Source: Bryobacterales bacterium (GTDB lineage Bacteria > Acidobacteriota > Terriglobia > Bryobacterales > Bryobacteraceae). From it: a stretch of DNA of 40,286 bases. The DNA lies in assembly GCA_025456495.1 (NCBI GenBank), contig JALOKO010000001.1:1-40286 (forward strand). The letters are read 5' to 3'. Each line of letters begins with the position of its first letter. Position 1 is the first letter of the stretch. A program made the translations under genes and the position numbers. The notes under the pieces are model-generated. The model ran no database searches. It was not told the origin of the DNA and saw only the letters and a list, made by a program, of their open reading frames with translations. Shown one piece after another: positions 18,146 to 27,354 of this stretch.

Positions 18146-19336
18146 ATGTCGAAGCCAATACGAGTTGTTCTGGCGATTGTCCTGCTGGCGATGCTGGCGG
18201 TCGTGCTCTGGTTTGCAGTCCTGCGAAGCCAGCCCGCTGAGGCTTCCACGCGAATTGCCGGGAACATCGAACTGACTGAGGTAAACATCGCCTTCAAGAC
18301 CCCGGGCAGACTCGAGGAACTGCATGTGAAGGAGGGAGACCTGGTGAAGGCGGGCCAACTGATTGGGCGTCTCGATACCCAGCAACTGCAAAGCCAGCGA
18401 CAGATGGCTGAGGCTGCCCTCACGGCGGCGCAGAGTCGGCTGCAGCAGCTTGCCACCGCAATTCGCTTCCAGGAGGAAACCATCGCTGGCGTCACCGCGC
18501 AACGCGAAGCAGAGCTTGCGGCGGTGGGGGCCCAGTTGGAGGAGTTGGAAGAGGGTAGTCGTCCGCAAGAGCGGCAGCAAGCGCACGCCGCCTTGCAGCA
18601 GGCCGAAGCAGAGTTTGCGCGTGCCCAAGCAGACTGGCAACGAGCACAGGCGCTGCATGCGGCAGAGGACATCTCCACCGCAGAGCGTGACCGCGTGCGC
18701 GCCTACTTTGCATCCGCCCAGAGCATGCGGGACCAGGCTCGCGAACGGCTCGCGATGGTGGAGGAGGGTCCGCGTGTGACCACCATCCGCTCGGTCTCGG
18801 CACAGGTAGACCGCGCACGGGCAGCATTGCGGACCGCCCAGGCCAGCCGACTGGACCTCGAGCGACTTCGCCAGGAACTGAACACGCGGCAGCAGGAAGT
18901 GAAGCAGGCTACGGCCAACCTGGAGTTGATTGAGACGCAGATTGCAGACGCCAGCGTTCACTCTCCTGTCGATGGCATCGTACTGGTGAAGTCGGCGGAG
19001 CAGGGCGAGGTGTTGGCTGCCGGGGTGACCATCGCCACGGTTGGCAATCTGGCGTCTCCGTGGCTGCGCGGCTATCTGGCGCAGCAGCATCAGGGAAGGG
19101 TTCAGTTGGGTGCACCGGTGCGCGTTTATGTGGATTCGTATCCGGGGCGCGCCTTTGATGGACGGCTGAGCTTTATTGCGGCGGAGGCAGAGTTCACACC
19201 CAAGCAAATCCAAACCGCCGAGGAGCGCGCCAAGCTGGTTTACCGGGTGAAGGTGGACATACCGAATCCCGATGGGGCACTGAAGGCCAACATGCCCGCG
19301 GAGGCGGATTTGCCATTGCTGCCGGTGGAACGATAG
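18146..19336 (+). CDS. HlyD-family membrane fusion protein (YbhG-like)
   Basis: It has an N-terminal TM anchor and the lipoyl-like motif FKTPGRLEELHVKEGDLVKAGQLIGRLD. A long coiled coil follows. The C-terminal beta-barrel contains VHSPVDGIVL and FTPKQIQT. Confidence 0.88.
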   Translation: MSKPIRVVLAIVLLAMLAVVLWFAVLRSQPAEASTRIAGNIELTEVNIAFKTPGRLEELHVKEGDLVKAGQLIGRLDTQQLQSQRQMAEAALTAAQSRLQQLATAIRFQEETIAGVTAQREAELAAVGAQLEELEEGSRPQERQQAHAALQQAEAEFARAQADWQRAQALHAAEDISTAERDRVRAYFASAQSMRDQARERLAMVEEGPRVTTIRSVSAQVDRARAALRTAQASRLDLERLRQELNTRQQEVKQATANLELIETQIADASVHSPVDGIVLVKSAEQGEVLAAGVTIATVGNLASPWLRGYLAQQHQGRVQLGAPVRVYVDSYPGRAFDGRLSFIAAEAEFTPKQIQTAEERAKLVYRVKVDIPNPDGALKANMPAEADLPLLPVER

Positions 19337-19352
19337 GAGAACAGAGGCCATC

Positions 19353-20339
19353 ATGGCGGCGGACTACATGCTGGAAGCACGCGGGCTCACGCGCCGCTTT
19401 GGGTCGCTGACCGCCGTGCGTGATCTCACCCTGCGTATCCCCCGCGGAGAAATCTACGGGCTGGTGGGTCCCGACGGTGCTGGCAAAACCACCACCCTGC
19501 GTCTCTTCTGCGGCTTGATCGACCCGGATGATGGACAGGCGTTGGTAGATGGCATCAACCCCTCGCGCGCGGTCCATGCCGTCCGCGACCGTATCGGTTA
19601 CATGCCGCAACGCTTCGGCCTCTATACAGACCTTAGCGTTGAGGAGAATCTTTTCTTTTACGCGGATCTGTTTGGCATGCTTGGCGCGGAGCGTGATCGG
19701 CTGATGACGGATCTGCTGCGCATGACGCGGATGGAGCCCTTTCGCAAGAGACTGGCGGGCAATCTATCCGGGGGCATGAAGCAGAAGCTTGCCCTGATGT
19801 CCACGTTGCTGCATAAGCCGGAGGTGCTTTTCCTTGACGAGCCAACCAATGGCGTGGACCCGGTATCGCGTCGCGACTTCTGGGAGATCCTCTACCGGCT
19901 GGTGCGCGATGGGCTTACCGTCCTGCTTACCACAGCGTATCTGGATGAAGCTGAACGTTGCCATCGAGTGGGCTTGATGGATAGAGGTCGCCTGATTCTG
20001 GAGGACGTCCCGGGCCGTGTCCGTCATGCTTTGGCTGAGCGCTGTTATGCCGTGCGGCAGCCTGAGTTTGCGACGCTGCGCGCGCTGGGCGCGTTTCTGC
20101 GCAAGCGTCCTGGCGTGTTAAGCGCCGAGGCTTCCGGCCAGGAGATCCGCGCCTTTCTTCCGCCGGAGCAAGCCTACCTGGATGCGCTGCGGATCGACAT
20201 CGAGAAGGCAGGCTTTGATGGGGTGTCCCTCCAGGAGGCTGAGCCGTCGCTGGAGGACGTCTTCATTGCGCTTGTCCGACGTGAGGATCGGCTCCCGATA
20301 TCAGATACCGATAACACCCTCGTTGGAGGCGCCGAGTGA
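19353..20339 (+). CDS. ABC transporter ATP-binding protein (first of two, like one YbhF half)
   Basis: Walker A is GPDGAGKTT, the signature is LSGGMKQK, and Walker B is LFLDEPT. Confidence 0.92.
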   Translation: MAADYMLEARGLTRRFGSLTAVRDLTLRIPRGEIYGLVGPDGAGKTTTLRLFCGLIDPDDGQALVDGINPSRAVHAVRDRIGYMPQRFGLYTDLSVEENLFFYADLFGMLGAERDRLMTDLLRMTRMEPFRKRLAGNLSGGMKQKLALMSTLLHKPEVLFLDEPTNGVDPVSRRDFWEILYRLVRDGLTVLLTTAYLDEAERCHRVGLMDRGRLILEDVPGRVRHALAERCYAVRQPEFATLRALGAFLRKRPGVLSAEASGQEIRAFLPPEQAYLDALRIDIEKAGFDGVSLQEAEPSLEDVFIALVRREDRLPISDTDNTLVGGAE

Positions 20340-21310
20340 TGGAAGCGCCCGCACACCTGAGGGAGAACACCGTGCCAGCAAGCATCACGGTATCCATGCG
20401 TGACCTAAGCAAGCATTTCGGAAGCTTCATTGCGGTGAACAACGTATCGCTGGATGTGGCGCGCGGCGAGATCTTCGGTTTCCTGGGTCCCAACGGTGCG
20501 GGCAAGTCCACCACCATCCGTATTCTCTGTGGTCTGCTCTCGCCCACTTCCGGCAAGGCCACGGTGGCCGGTTTCGACGTTGCCGCCCAACCGGAACAAG
20601 TGAAGCAGAGCATCGGATATATGTCGCAGAAGTTCTCGCTGTACGACGACCTTACCGTGGCGGAGAACATCGATTTCTTCAGCGGCATCTATGGTGTGCC
20701 CGCGGACCTGCGAGCGGAGCGCAAGCAGTTTGCGCTGGAACTCTCCGGGCTGTCCGCGCGGCAGAACTCCCTTACCCGACTCCTGCCCGGAGGCTTCAAG
20801 CAACGGCTCGCCTTGGGCTGCGCTATTCTGCATCAACCACCCGTGCTGTTCCTGGATGAACCCACCTCAGGGGTTGACCCCATCGCGCGACGCGAGTTCT
20901 GGGAACTCATTTACCACCTCTCCGCTGAGGGCAAGACCATCTTCGTCTCCACCCACTACATGGATGAGGCGGAGTATTGCCATCGCATCGCATTGATGCA
21001 CCGGGGGTTGATGATTGCCTTGGGTTCGCCCACGCAACTGAAGCGGGAGTTGGGTGGGGCCAGCCTGCTGCGTCTGGATGCAAGTGACATCCTGCGGGCA
21101 ATGGAGGCGCTTGTCGGCGCGCCCGGCATTGAAGATGTTGCTGTCTTTGGCAGTGGGCTTCATGTGCGTGTACGAAATGTGGAGCACAGCACCCTGCTGA
21201 TTCAGGAGCGGCTGGCCGCCGGCGCCGTCACCATCCAGCGCCTGCAGCCGATTGATGCCTCAATGGAAGATGTGTTCGTAAGCCTGATTGAAGCGGAGGA
21301 GCGCAAGTGA
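20336..21310 (+). CDS. ABC transporter ATP-binding protein (second of two, like the other YbhF half)
   Basis: Walker A is GPNGAGKST, the signature is LPGGFKQR, and Walker B is LFLDEPTSG. Its start overlaps the stop of the previous gene (ATGA-type overlap at 20336-20339). Confidence 0.92.
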   Translation: MMEAPAHLRENTVPASITVSMRDLSKHFGSFIAVNNVSLDVARGEIFGFLGPNGAGKSTTIRILCGLLSPTSGKATVAGFDVAAQPEQVKQSIGYMSQKFSLYDDLTVAENIDFFSGIYGVPADLRAERKQFALELSGLSARQNSLTRLLPGGFKQRLALGCAILHQPPVLFLDEPTSGVDPIARREFWELIYHLSAEGKTIFVSTHYMDEAEYCHRIALMHRGLMIALGSPTQLKRELGGASLLRLDASDILRAMEALVGAPGIEDVAVFGSGLHVRVRNVEHSTLLIQERLAAGAVTIQRLQPIDASMEDVFVSLIEAEERK

Positions 21311-22449
21311 GCCCGCCCCTTCGCCGTACTCTTGCCATTGCACGCAAGGAGTTTTTGCACATCGTGCGCGACCCGCTGAGTCTGGCCATGGCGCTGGCGA
21401 TTCCTTTTGCCATGTTGATGCTGTTCGGGTACGCCTTGTCGCTGGACGTAGATCGCGTGCCCACGGTCGTGTTCGATGGCAGCCGCACACCACAAAGCCG
21501 CGAACTGATTGCGTATCTCGATGGCTCGCGGTACTTCGAAGTCACGGAGGTGGTTACAGACTACAAGCCTGTTGAGCAGGCCATCTTCAGCGGCCAAGCA
21601 TTGCTGGGAGTTGTCATTCCGGCTGACTTCGCGCGGCGGGTCCACCGTGGTGACGCAACGGACGTTCAGGTGATTCTGGATGGCAGTGACTCCAACACCG
21701 CCAACATCGCGGCCGGGTACGCCCAAGGGGTGCTGGGGAAGTACAGCAATCAACTACAAGCGCAGTTTGCCAATTTGCGCGGCGCGGGTCCGGTGCATCC
21801 GCCACTGGACGTGCAGGCTCGTGTCTGGTTCAACGCGGACTTGAAGTCAAAGAACTTCATCATCCCCGGCCTCATTGCCGTGATCCTGCAGATCATCGCC
21901 GCGTTGTTGACCTCGCTTACCATTGCGCGCGAGTGGGAACTGGGAAACATGGAGTTGCTGTTGTCCACTCCTATGCGTCCATGGGAACTCATCCTGGGCA
22001 AGATGGCCGCGTTCTTTGCGATTGGGGTGGCGGATACCACCTTCGCGGTATTGGTTGGGCGTACGGTTTTCGGCGTGCCGTTACGTGGAAGTCTGTGGGA
22101 CTTGAGCATTGCCATCTTCTTCTTCCTTTTCGGCGCGCTTTGCTGGGGACTGCTGATTTCTGCCCTTGCGCGCAACCAGTTGCTTGCTTATCAGATTGGC
22201 ATCCTCACTTCCTTCCTGCCCTCGTTTCTGCTGTCAGGCTTCATTTACGCCATTGAGAATATGCCTGTGCCCGTGCAGGTGGTGACGCATATTGTGCCCG
22301 CGCGCTACTTCATCGCGATCCTGAAGGGGGTCTTCCTGAAGGGCATCGGCTATGACATTCTGTGGCCCCAACTGTTGTTCCTGTTCCTGTACGCCTTGGG
22401 CGTCTTTCTGATTGCCAGCCGCCGGCTGAACCAGAAACTGGTGGACTAA
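21307..22449 (+). CDS. ABC-2 type transporter permease (YbhS/YbhR-like)
   Basis: The N-terminus reads RTLAIARKEFLHIVRDP. A large periplasmic loop is followed by about 5 TM segments. A GTGA overlap joins it to the upstream ATPase stop. Confidence 0.88.
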   Translation: MSPPLRRTLAIARKEFLHIVRDPLSLAMALAIPFAMLMLFGYALSLDVDRVPTVVFDGSRTPQSRELIAYLDGSRYFEVTEVVTDYKPVEQAIFSGQALLGVVIPADFARRVHRGDATDVQVILDGSDSNTANIAAGYAQGVLGKYSNQLQAQFANLRGAGPVHPPLDVQARVWFNADLKSKNFIIPGLIAVILQIIAALLTSLTIAREWELGNMELLLSTPMRPWELILGKMAAFFAIGVADTTFAVLVGRTVFGVPLRGSLWDLSIAIFFFLFGALCWGLLISALARNQLLAYQIGILTSFLPSFLLSGFIYAIENMPVPVQVVTHIVPARYFIAILKGVFLKGIGYDILWPQLLFLFLYALGVFLIASRRLNQKLVD

Positions 22450-23618
22450 TGCAATTTCCAAAGTGGGAACGTGTCTTCGAAATCGTGCGCAAGGAATTCC
22501 GGGTGGTTGTGCGCGACCCACGGCTGCGCATCGTACTGATTGTGCCCCCCATCCTGCAATCCATCATCTTCGGCTTCGCCGTGAACATGGATGTTGAGCA
22601 GGCGCGCATCGGCTGGCATGATGGCGATGGCACGCCGCAGAGTCGCGAACTGCGCATGGCCTTTGAGGGTAGCGGCAGCTTCCTGCTTACCCATCATCTG
22701 CAGCAGGACGCGGAAGCGAACTTACTGCTCAACCGGGGTGATGTGGACGCCATCGTTCGCGTGACGCCGGGCTTTGGCAGGGCAATCCTGCGCGGGGACA
22801 CGGCCAGCGTCCAGATGCTGATTGACGGCGCAAACTCCAACACGGCATCCATTGTGGGCGAGTATGCCCGACGCGCAATCAGTGGCTATTCGCACCAGGT
22901 GCAGGTGGTTCAACAGGGCCAGCGCATCCTTGCCCGCACCCAGGGTAAAGGCCCGCCAGTGACGCTGGCGCTGCCGAGTGTGAACGCGCAAAGCCGCGTC
23001 TGGTTCAACGAAAATCTGGTGAGCCGCAACTACTTTGTGCCCGGGGTGGTGGTGAACATCATCGCCTTGGTGACGCTGATGCTGACCGCGCTCGCGATCG
23101 TCCGAGAGAAAGAAATTGGCACGATGGAGCAACTGATCGTGACGCCCATCCAGCCCTTGGAACTGATGCTGGGCAAGACGATCCCCTTCGGCTTGGTGGG
23201 CCTTTTCCATGTCACGATGCTCACCATTCTGGCCCGCGCCTTATTTGGCGTTCCTTTCCGTGGCAGTCTGCTGGTGCTGTACATTGCGTCGGTTCTCTTT
23301 CTGCTGACTACGCTGGGCGTGGGGCTGTTCATCTCCACCATGGTGCGTACACAACAGCAGGCGATGATGGCCACGTTCTTTTTCTTCTTCCCCGTGCTGC
23401 TGTTGAGCGGTTTCGCATTCCCGATTCGCAGCATGCCGGAGATTGTGCAGTGGGCCACTTATCTGAACCCCGTCCGCTATTTCATGGAGATCGTTCGAGG
23501 GCTGTTCCTGAAGGGATGGGGCGTGATGGAGCTATGGCCACAACTGCTGGCGATGGGCGTGTTGGGCTGCACCGTGATTCTGGCCAGTGCCTCCCGGTTC
23601 CATAAGCGGCTGGACTGA
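22449..23618 (+). CDS. ABC-2 type transporter permease (YbhS/YbhR-like paralog)
   Basis: This is a paralog of the preceding gene (FEIVRKEFRVVVRDP...) with the same architecture. The ATG at 22449 overlaps the previous TAA (TAATG). Confidence 0.88.
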   Translation: MQFPKWERVFEIVRKEFRVVVRDPRLRIVLIVPPILQSIIFGFAVNMDVEQARIGWHDGDGTPQSRELRMAFEGSGSFLLTHHLQQDAEANLLLNRGDVDAIVRVTPGFGRAILRGDTASVQMLIDGANSNTASIVGEYARRAISGYSHQVQVVQQGQRILARTQGKGPPVTLALPSVNAQSRVWFNENLVSRNYFVPGVVVNIIALVTLMLTALAIVREKEIGTMEQLIVTPIQPLELMLGKTIPFGLVGLFHVTMLTILARALFGVPFRGSLLVLYIASVLFLLTTLGVGLFISTMVRTQQQAMMATFFFFFPVLLLSGFAFPIRSMPEIVQWATYLNPVRYFMEIVRGLFLKGWGVMELWPQLLAMGVLGCTVILASASRFHKRLD

Positions 23619-23670
23619 TGATGGGCTGGGGACCGGCGCTGGCGATGGGCTCCCCAGCGCTAACCCCAAG

Positions 23671-23730
23671 TGTATTGTCCCGAACGGTATTGTTCCGACC
23701 TGGGTTGTTCCAAACTGTATTGTCTTGAAC
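23671..23730. repeat. 15 bp tandem repeat of 4 copies (consensus tGTATTGTyCCrAAC), probably intergenic
   Basis: The units are tgtattgtcccgaac, ggtattgttccgacc, tgggttgttccaaac and tgtattgtcttgaac, at 23671, 23686, 23701 and 23716. They lie between the ABC operon stop (23618) and the likely methyltransferase start (23745 or 23769). Confidence 0.9.
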
Positions 23731-23744
23731 TGGGCGCCACGCGC

Positions 23745-24392
23745 ATGGAGTGCTACTCTAGCGGATTGATGAATCCTTGGATACAGGTTCCGTTGGCCGA
23801 CTACGAAGGCCACATGAGCGCGGACGGTGTGGAGCAGTTGGCTCCACTGCGGGAGTTGTTCGCCGCCGCGCTGGCCCATACGCAGCCGGAGTCCGTTGCC
23901 GTACTTGGCGTGGCCGGCGGAAACGGATTAGACGTGATTTCCCGTGAGCGTACACGGCGCGTGGTGGGCATCGATATTCACCCGGAGTATCTGCAAGCAA
24001 CTGCGGCGCGCTACGCAGAGCTTCCCGGACTGGAACTCCATCAGGCTGACCTTGCGGGGGACCTGCCAAGGATCACGCCGGTAGAGCAGGTTCACGTGGC
24101 GCTGGTGTTTGAGCACGCGGGCACCGGGCGCTGTCTGCAAAATGCGTTGTCGCTGATTGCCCCGGGCGGCTGGATGTCTGTGGTGCTGCAACTGCCCAGC
24201 AGCAGCGAACAGGGAGTAAGCCAGACGCCCTTTGCATCGCTGCAGACGTTGAAGCCCAATTTCCGTTTCGTAGAGGCGGCCGCGCTCACCCGGGAATTGG
24301 CGCTGCATGGAATGCGATTGGATGAGGAATGGCGCGTAGATCTCCCCGCCGGCAAAGCGTTCTGGCAAGGCATCTTCCGGCAGATGACCTAG
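23745..24392 (+). CDS. Class I SAM-dependent methyltransferase
   Basis: Motif I reads VAVLGVAGGNGLD. The acidic motif II reads VVGIDIHPEY. The post-motif reads LVFEHAG...LIAPGGWMSVV. The start is uncertain: ATG 23745 or 23769. The GTG at 23670 would translate the tandem repeat. Confidence 0.8.
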   Translation: MECYSSGLMNPWIQVPLADYEGHMSADGVEQLAPLRELFAAALAHTQPESVAVLGVAGGNGLDVISRERTRRVVGIDIHPEYLQATAARYAELPGLELHQADLAGDLPRITPVEQVHVALVFEHAGTGRCLQNALSLIAPGGWMSVVLQLPSSSEQGVSQTPFASLQTLKPNFRFVEAAALTRELALHGMRLDEEWRVDLPAGKAFWQGIFRQMT

Positions 24393-24421
24393 GGATGGCA
24401 ACAGTGCCTAGTGTCGCCGCC

Positions 24422-25888
24422 CTAGTCTCCAGGATTATCCAGGAAGCGCTGTACGTCCACATCCTGGAAGGGCGCGCGGCGGAACTGGTCTTTGAGTGCA
24501 TACGGCACCGTACAATCGAAGATTGCTTTGCAGGAGATCCCCGGCGCCAGGATAGAGGGGCTGAATTCCGGTGTCTGTGAGGGGTCCAGTGGATGACAGC
24601 GGACTCCGGGGATGAATACGGTACTCACATCCCCCTGATACCGGGTGGTCATCGCCCACAATACTTCGTTGGAATCGAACAGGTCGACATCGTCGTCCAC
24701 CAGAACCACGTGCTTCAGTTCCGGGAAGGCGGCAAATGCGGTGAGCGCTGCCTGACGTGGGCGGCCTTCATCTCTAGGCTCGGCTTTGCGGAATTGCAGG
24801 ATGGCCAGGTATTTTCCCCCACCCGCGGGATGGCAATAGACATTGCGCAAGCGCCCGGGCATGCTGTTCTCAACCAATTGCAGGATGCTGGCTTCGGTGG
24901 GGATGCCGGTGAGATTCGTATGCTCTTCACCAGGCCCAATGATGGTTTGCAATATGGGTTTGTGGCGATGGGTGACGGCTGTGACACGGATGACGGGAAG
25001 CGCCGCCTGCGCCTTGCCAAGGTAGCCGGGGAACTCGGGCATACAGTAGCCAGTGTTGGATTGGATGTCTTCGCGAAGTCGTTCTGCTGGGACGATCTCG
25101 CCTTCCAAGACGATCTCTGCCCGCGCCAGCGCCTTGGCTTCCACAGAGACGCAGGGTACGAGTTCGACGGGGCGCTTACGCAGTCCGCCAGCAATGGTGA
25201 GTTCGTCGAAACCCGTGGGAGTGGTGGGCGGTTCAAAGCAGGCTGCCAGATAGACCGCGGGGTCCAGCCCCATATTGATGGAGACGGGCAGCGCGCGACC
25301 CATAGCCTCTGCTTTGGCGCGGAACTGGTCAATGTGCCGGTTGGGTGCGAAGTACACGCTTAGACGATCAGCGCCCTGGACACAAAGGCGATGGATGGTA
25401 ACATCGGCCTCACCGGTCTCAGGATCTTCCGCGCGAATCAGGCCCAGGTTGAAGTAAGGCCCCGCATCCTGCAATGTGTTGGTGGGTGCGGGGAACAGGG
25501 TCCGCAGGTCAAACGGTGGCCGCAACACGATCTGCTGGCAAGGGGCTTGCGCGGCGTCCACCAGGATGGGTGGCCGCGGATGGCGTAAGGCCTCCAACAG
25601 ATGAAAGGGGAGCCGGTCTTCCGTGCTGCCCAGCAGGAGTGCGGTACGTTTGCGGCTGGCCAGCATGCCGGTCACGACAGGCACATCGTACCCGATCACA
25701 CTTTGAAAAAGCATCGCGGGACCCACGCGGGTGGGTGGCAGCACGGGCGTTCCCGCGCCAATGTGGCGGTAGACGCCGGCCAATTCCGCTACCGGATTCA
25801 CGGGCTCGCGCGTGGAAATCAACTGGCCGGGAACGGATCGCAAGAACTGAAGCGCTGTACGTAGGTCTGTGATGTCGTGGGCATCCAT
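24422..25888 (-). CDS. UbiD-family (prFMN-dependent) decarboxylase
   Basis: The protein is 488 aa. It has the family architecture and motifs such as GPYFNLGL, IHRLCV, ELTIAGGLR, YCHPAGGG, KHVVLVDDDVDLFD and VLWAMTTR. Confidence 0.88.
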   Translation of the reverse strand: MDAHDITDLRTALQFLRSVPGQLISTREPVNPVAELAGVYRHIGAGTPVLPPTRVGPAMLFQSVIGYDVPVVTGMLASRKRTALLLGSTEDRLPFHLLEALRHPRPPILVDAAQAPCQQIVLRPPFDLRTLFPAPTNTLQDAGPYFNLGLIRAEDPETGEADVTIHRLCVQGADRLSVYFAPNRHIDQFRAKAEAMGRALPVSINMGLDPAVYLAACFEPPTTPTGFDELTIAGGLRKRPVELVPCVSVEAKALARAEIVLEGEIVPAERLREDIQSNTGYCMPEFPGYLGKAQAALPVIRVTAVTHRHKPILQTIIGPGEEHTNLTGIPTEASILQLVENSMPGRLRNVYCHPAGGGKYLAILQFRKAEPRDEGRPRQAALTAFAAFPELKHVVLVDDDVDLFDSNEVLWAMTTRYQGDVSTVFIPGVRCHPLDPSQTPEFSPSILAPGISCKAIFDCTVPYALKDQFRRAPFQDVDVQRFLDNPGD

Positions 25889-25996
25889 ACAGGTTCCCCT
25901 TTGCTGCTTTGATGGTAGCGTCTGGACTCGCGAGCAGTGGCAGCATCAGAGCATGCGCTTACCTGGCAAAGCAAACACCGGGTAGGCTAACGGGAA

Positions 25997-26025
25997 AAGG
26001 GGCGGGAATCCAATGCCCGCCCCTT
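25997..26025 (-). terminator. Intrinsic terminator downstream of the 26071-27354 gene
   Basis: The hairpin is aaggggcggg / cccgcccctt, a 10 bp stem with a 9 nt loop. On the minus strand it is followed by TTTT. Confidence 0.7.
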
Positions 26026-26070
26026 GCGCGCCGTTGTTGAGATGGGCCAGCGCTTTGTCCAAACGGAACG

Positions 26071-27354
26071 TTAGCGTGGCCAGGTTTCGAAGGGCGCCTT
26101 GGGCATTTTGTGGCCCCAAGCCTCAGGCCCCCAGCAGCGCGTACCCACCAGCGGTTCGGACTTGCTGGTGTTCACCAACTTGATGCCGCCCAGCGCCTTC
26201 TGGGAAGCGTACGGAATGACGAACTCATCGTGCAGCGGCTCTCCCAAACGGATACCGGACTTCACCTCCACCCGGTGATTGCCCAGCATTCCTTCGCCAT
26301 GGCAGAAATGCAGGATGCATAGCGAAGCCGGGCCGGTGAGCGTCACCTCAGCGCCCGGCGCCAATTCGAACTGGCGCAGGCTGAAAAGCTCGTCACCATG
26401 CGGTCTGCCATAGACGCGCCACTCATCGTGGAAACCGCCATGGCTGACTTCCTGGTCCACCACGGGAAGTAACAGGTGCTTCTCCACAATGAAGGGATCC
26501 TTGTTGGCGGGAAGATCAATGTCGATCACTAGACGCTGCACGCGGTCTTCGCCTTCCAGGCCTTCGGGAAGATGGCGGAACAAAAGCTCCTCGCCCAGGA
26601 AGACTTCACCCTCGGGGGCAAGCACATGACTCTGGTAAAAGCGGAAATCGTCGCGGTCGCGCTGCGGCTCTTCGGTGTTCACGGCCGCGGGCCCGTGCAG
26701 GATGCGCGTGGGTGTCAAAAATCCCGTCCCCATGCGGACTGCCAGATTTCGGGCGTGACTGCGAATGTGGTTGTTTCTGCCAGCGATGAAGTCACGAATG
26801 GCGTCAGCCAGCATCTGTTCGGTGAAGTACTCCATCAGGCCCACGCTGGTGTGGCAATCGTTGCGATAGCGCTTGTTGCGCCAGGCGTTGAAGTTGTAGG
26901 CCTCGGGCTTGAAGGGGTGCATGTGATGCCCCAGCGGGTACAGGTTGTCGAACTCCTTGTTGTAGAAACCCGTCCCGTTCAATGTGCGGTACATGGGACC
27001 CACCATGAAGTCCGGCGACTTGTGTACGGCGGCATCCATCGGAATCAGGTATCCATCAGGGTGATGGAAGTGACATAGCCCCTCACCGTGAATCCCGTTG
27101 CCGGTGTCGGCTAGAATGGCGCTCCCGTTCCAACGCTCGTCGATGGCCCAACCCTGAGGACCCTCTGGGAAGTAGTCTTCATCCACCAGCTCCAGGTTCT
27201 TCCCCGGCAGGCAGAACTTGCGACCCACGAAGCTGGGGAAACAGCGCAGTACACCGCCCCCCGCCTCGGCCGCTTCCTGCACGCTGGATGCAGCTTCGTC
27301 TTCGACAATCGACAAGTCTGACCGATAGAGTTTGGCCTTCAGGGGAGTCCTCAT
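26071..27354 (-). CDS. Conserved-looking hypothetical protein with His-rich motifs, possibly a cupin-like metalloenzyme
   Basis: The protein is 427 aa with no signal peptide. His clusters are CHFHHPDGY and LGHHMHPF. The C-terminal segment FELAPGAEVTLTGPASLCILHFCHGEG resembles a cupin strand pattern. The family assignment is not secure. Confidence 0.55.
   Translation of the reverse strand: MRTPLKAKLYRSDLSIVEDEAASSVQEAAEAGGGVLRCFPSFVGRKFCLPGKNLELVDEDYFPEGPQGWAIDERWNGSAILADTGNGIHGEGLCHFHHPDGYLIPMDAAVHKSPDFMVGPMYRTLNGTGFYNKEFDNLYPLGHHMHPFKPEAYNFNAWRNKRYRNDCHTSVGLMEYFTEQMLADAIRDFIAGRNNHIRSHARNLAVRMGTGFLTPTRILHGPAAVNTEEPQRDRDDFRFYQSHVLAPEGEVFLGEELLFRHLPEGLEGEDRVQRLVIDIDLPANKDPFIVEKHLLLPVVDQEVSHGGFHDEWRVYGRPHGDELFSLRQFELAPGAEVTLTGPASLCILHFCHGEGMLGNHRVEVKSGIRLGEPLHDEFVIPYASQKALGGIKLVNTSKSEPLVGTRCWGPEAWGHKMPKAPFETWPR

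Noticed and set aside
23670-23744. A Cys-rich pentapeptide repeat (YCPER/YCSDL/GCSKL/YCLEL) read as a RiPP-like precursor or an N-terminal extension of the methyltransferase.
   Set aside because: It depends on a GTG start with no SD. The methyltransferase fold is complete from the ATG at 23745 or 23769. There is no maturase next to it. I kept it only as an alternative in the repeat finding.
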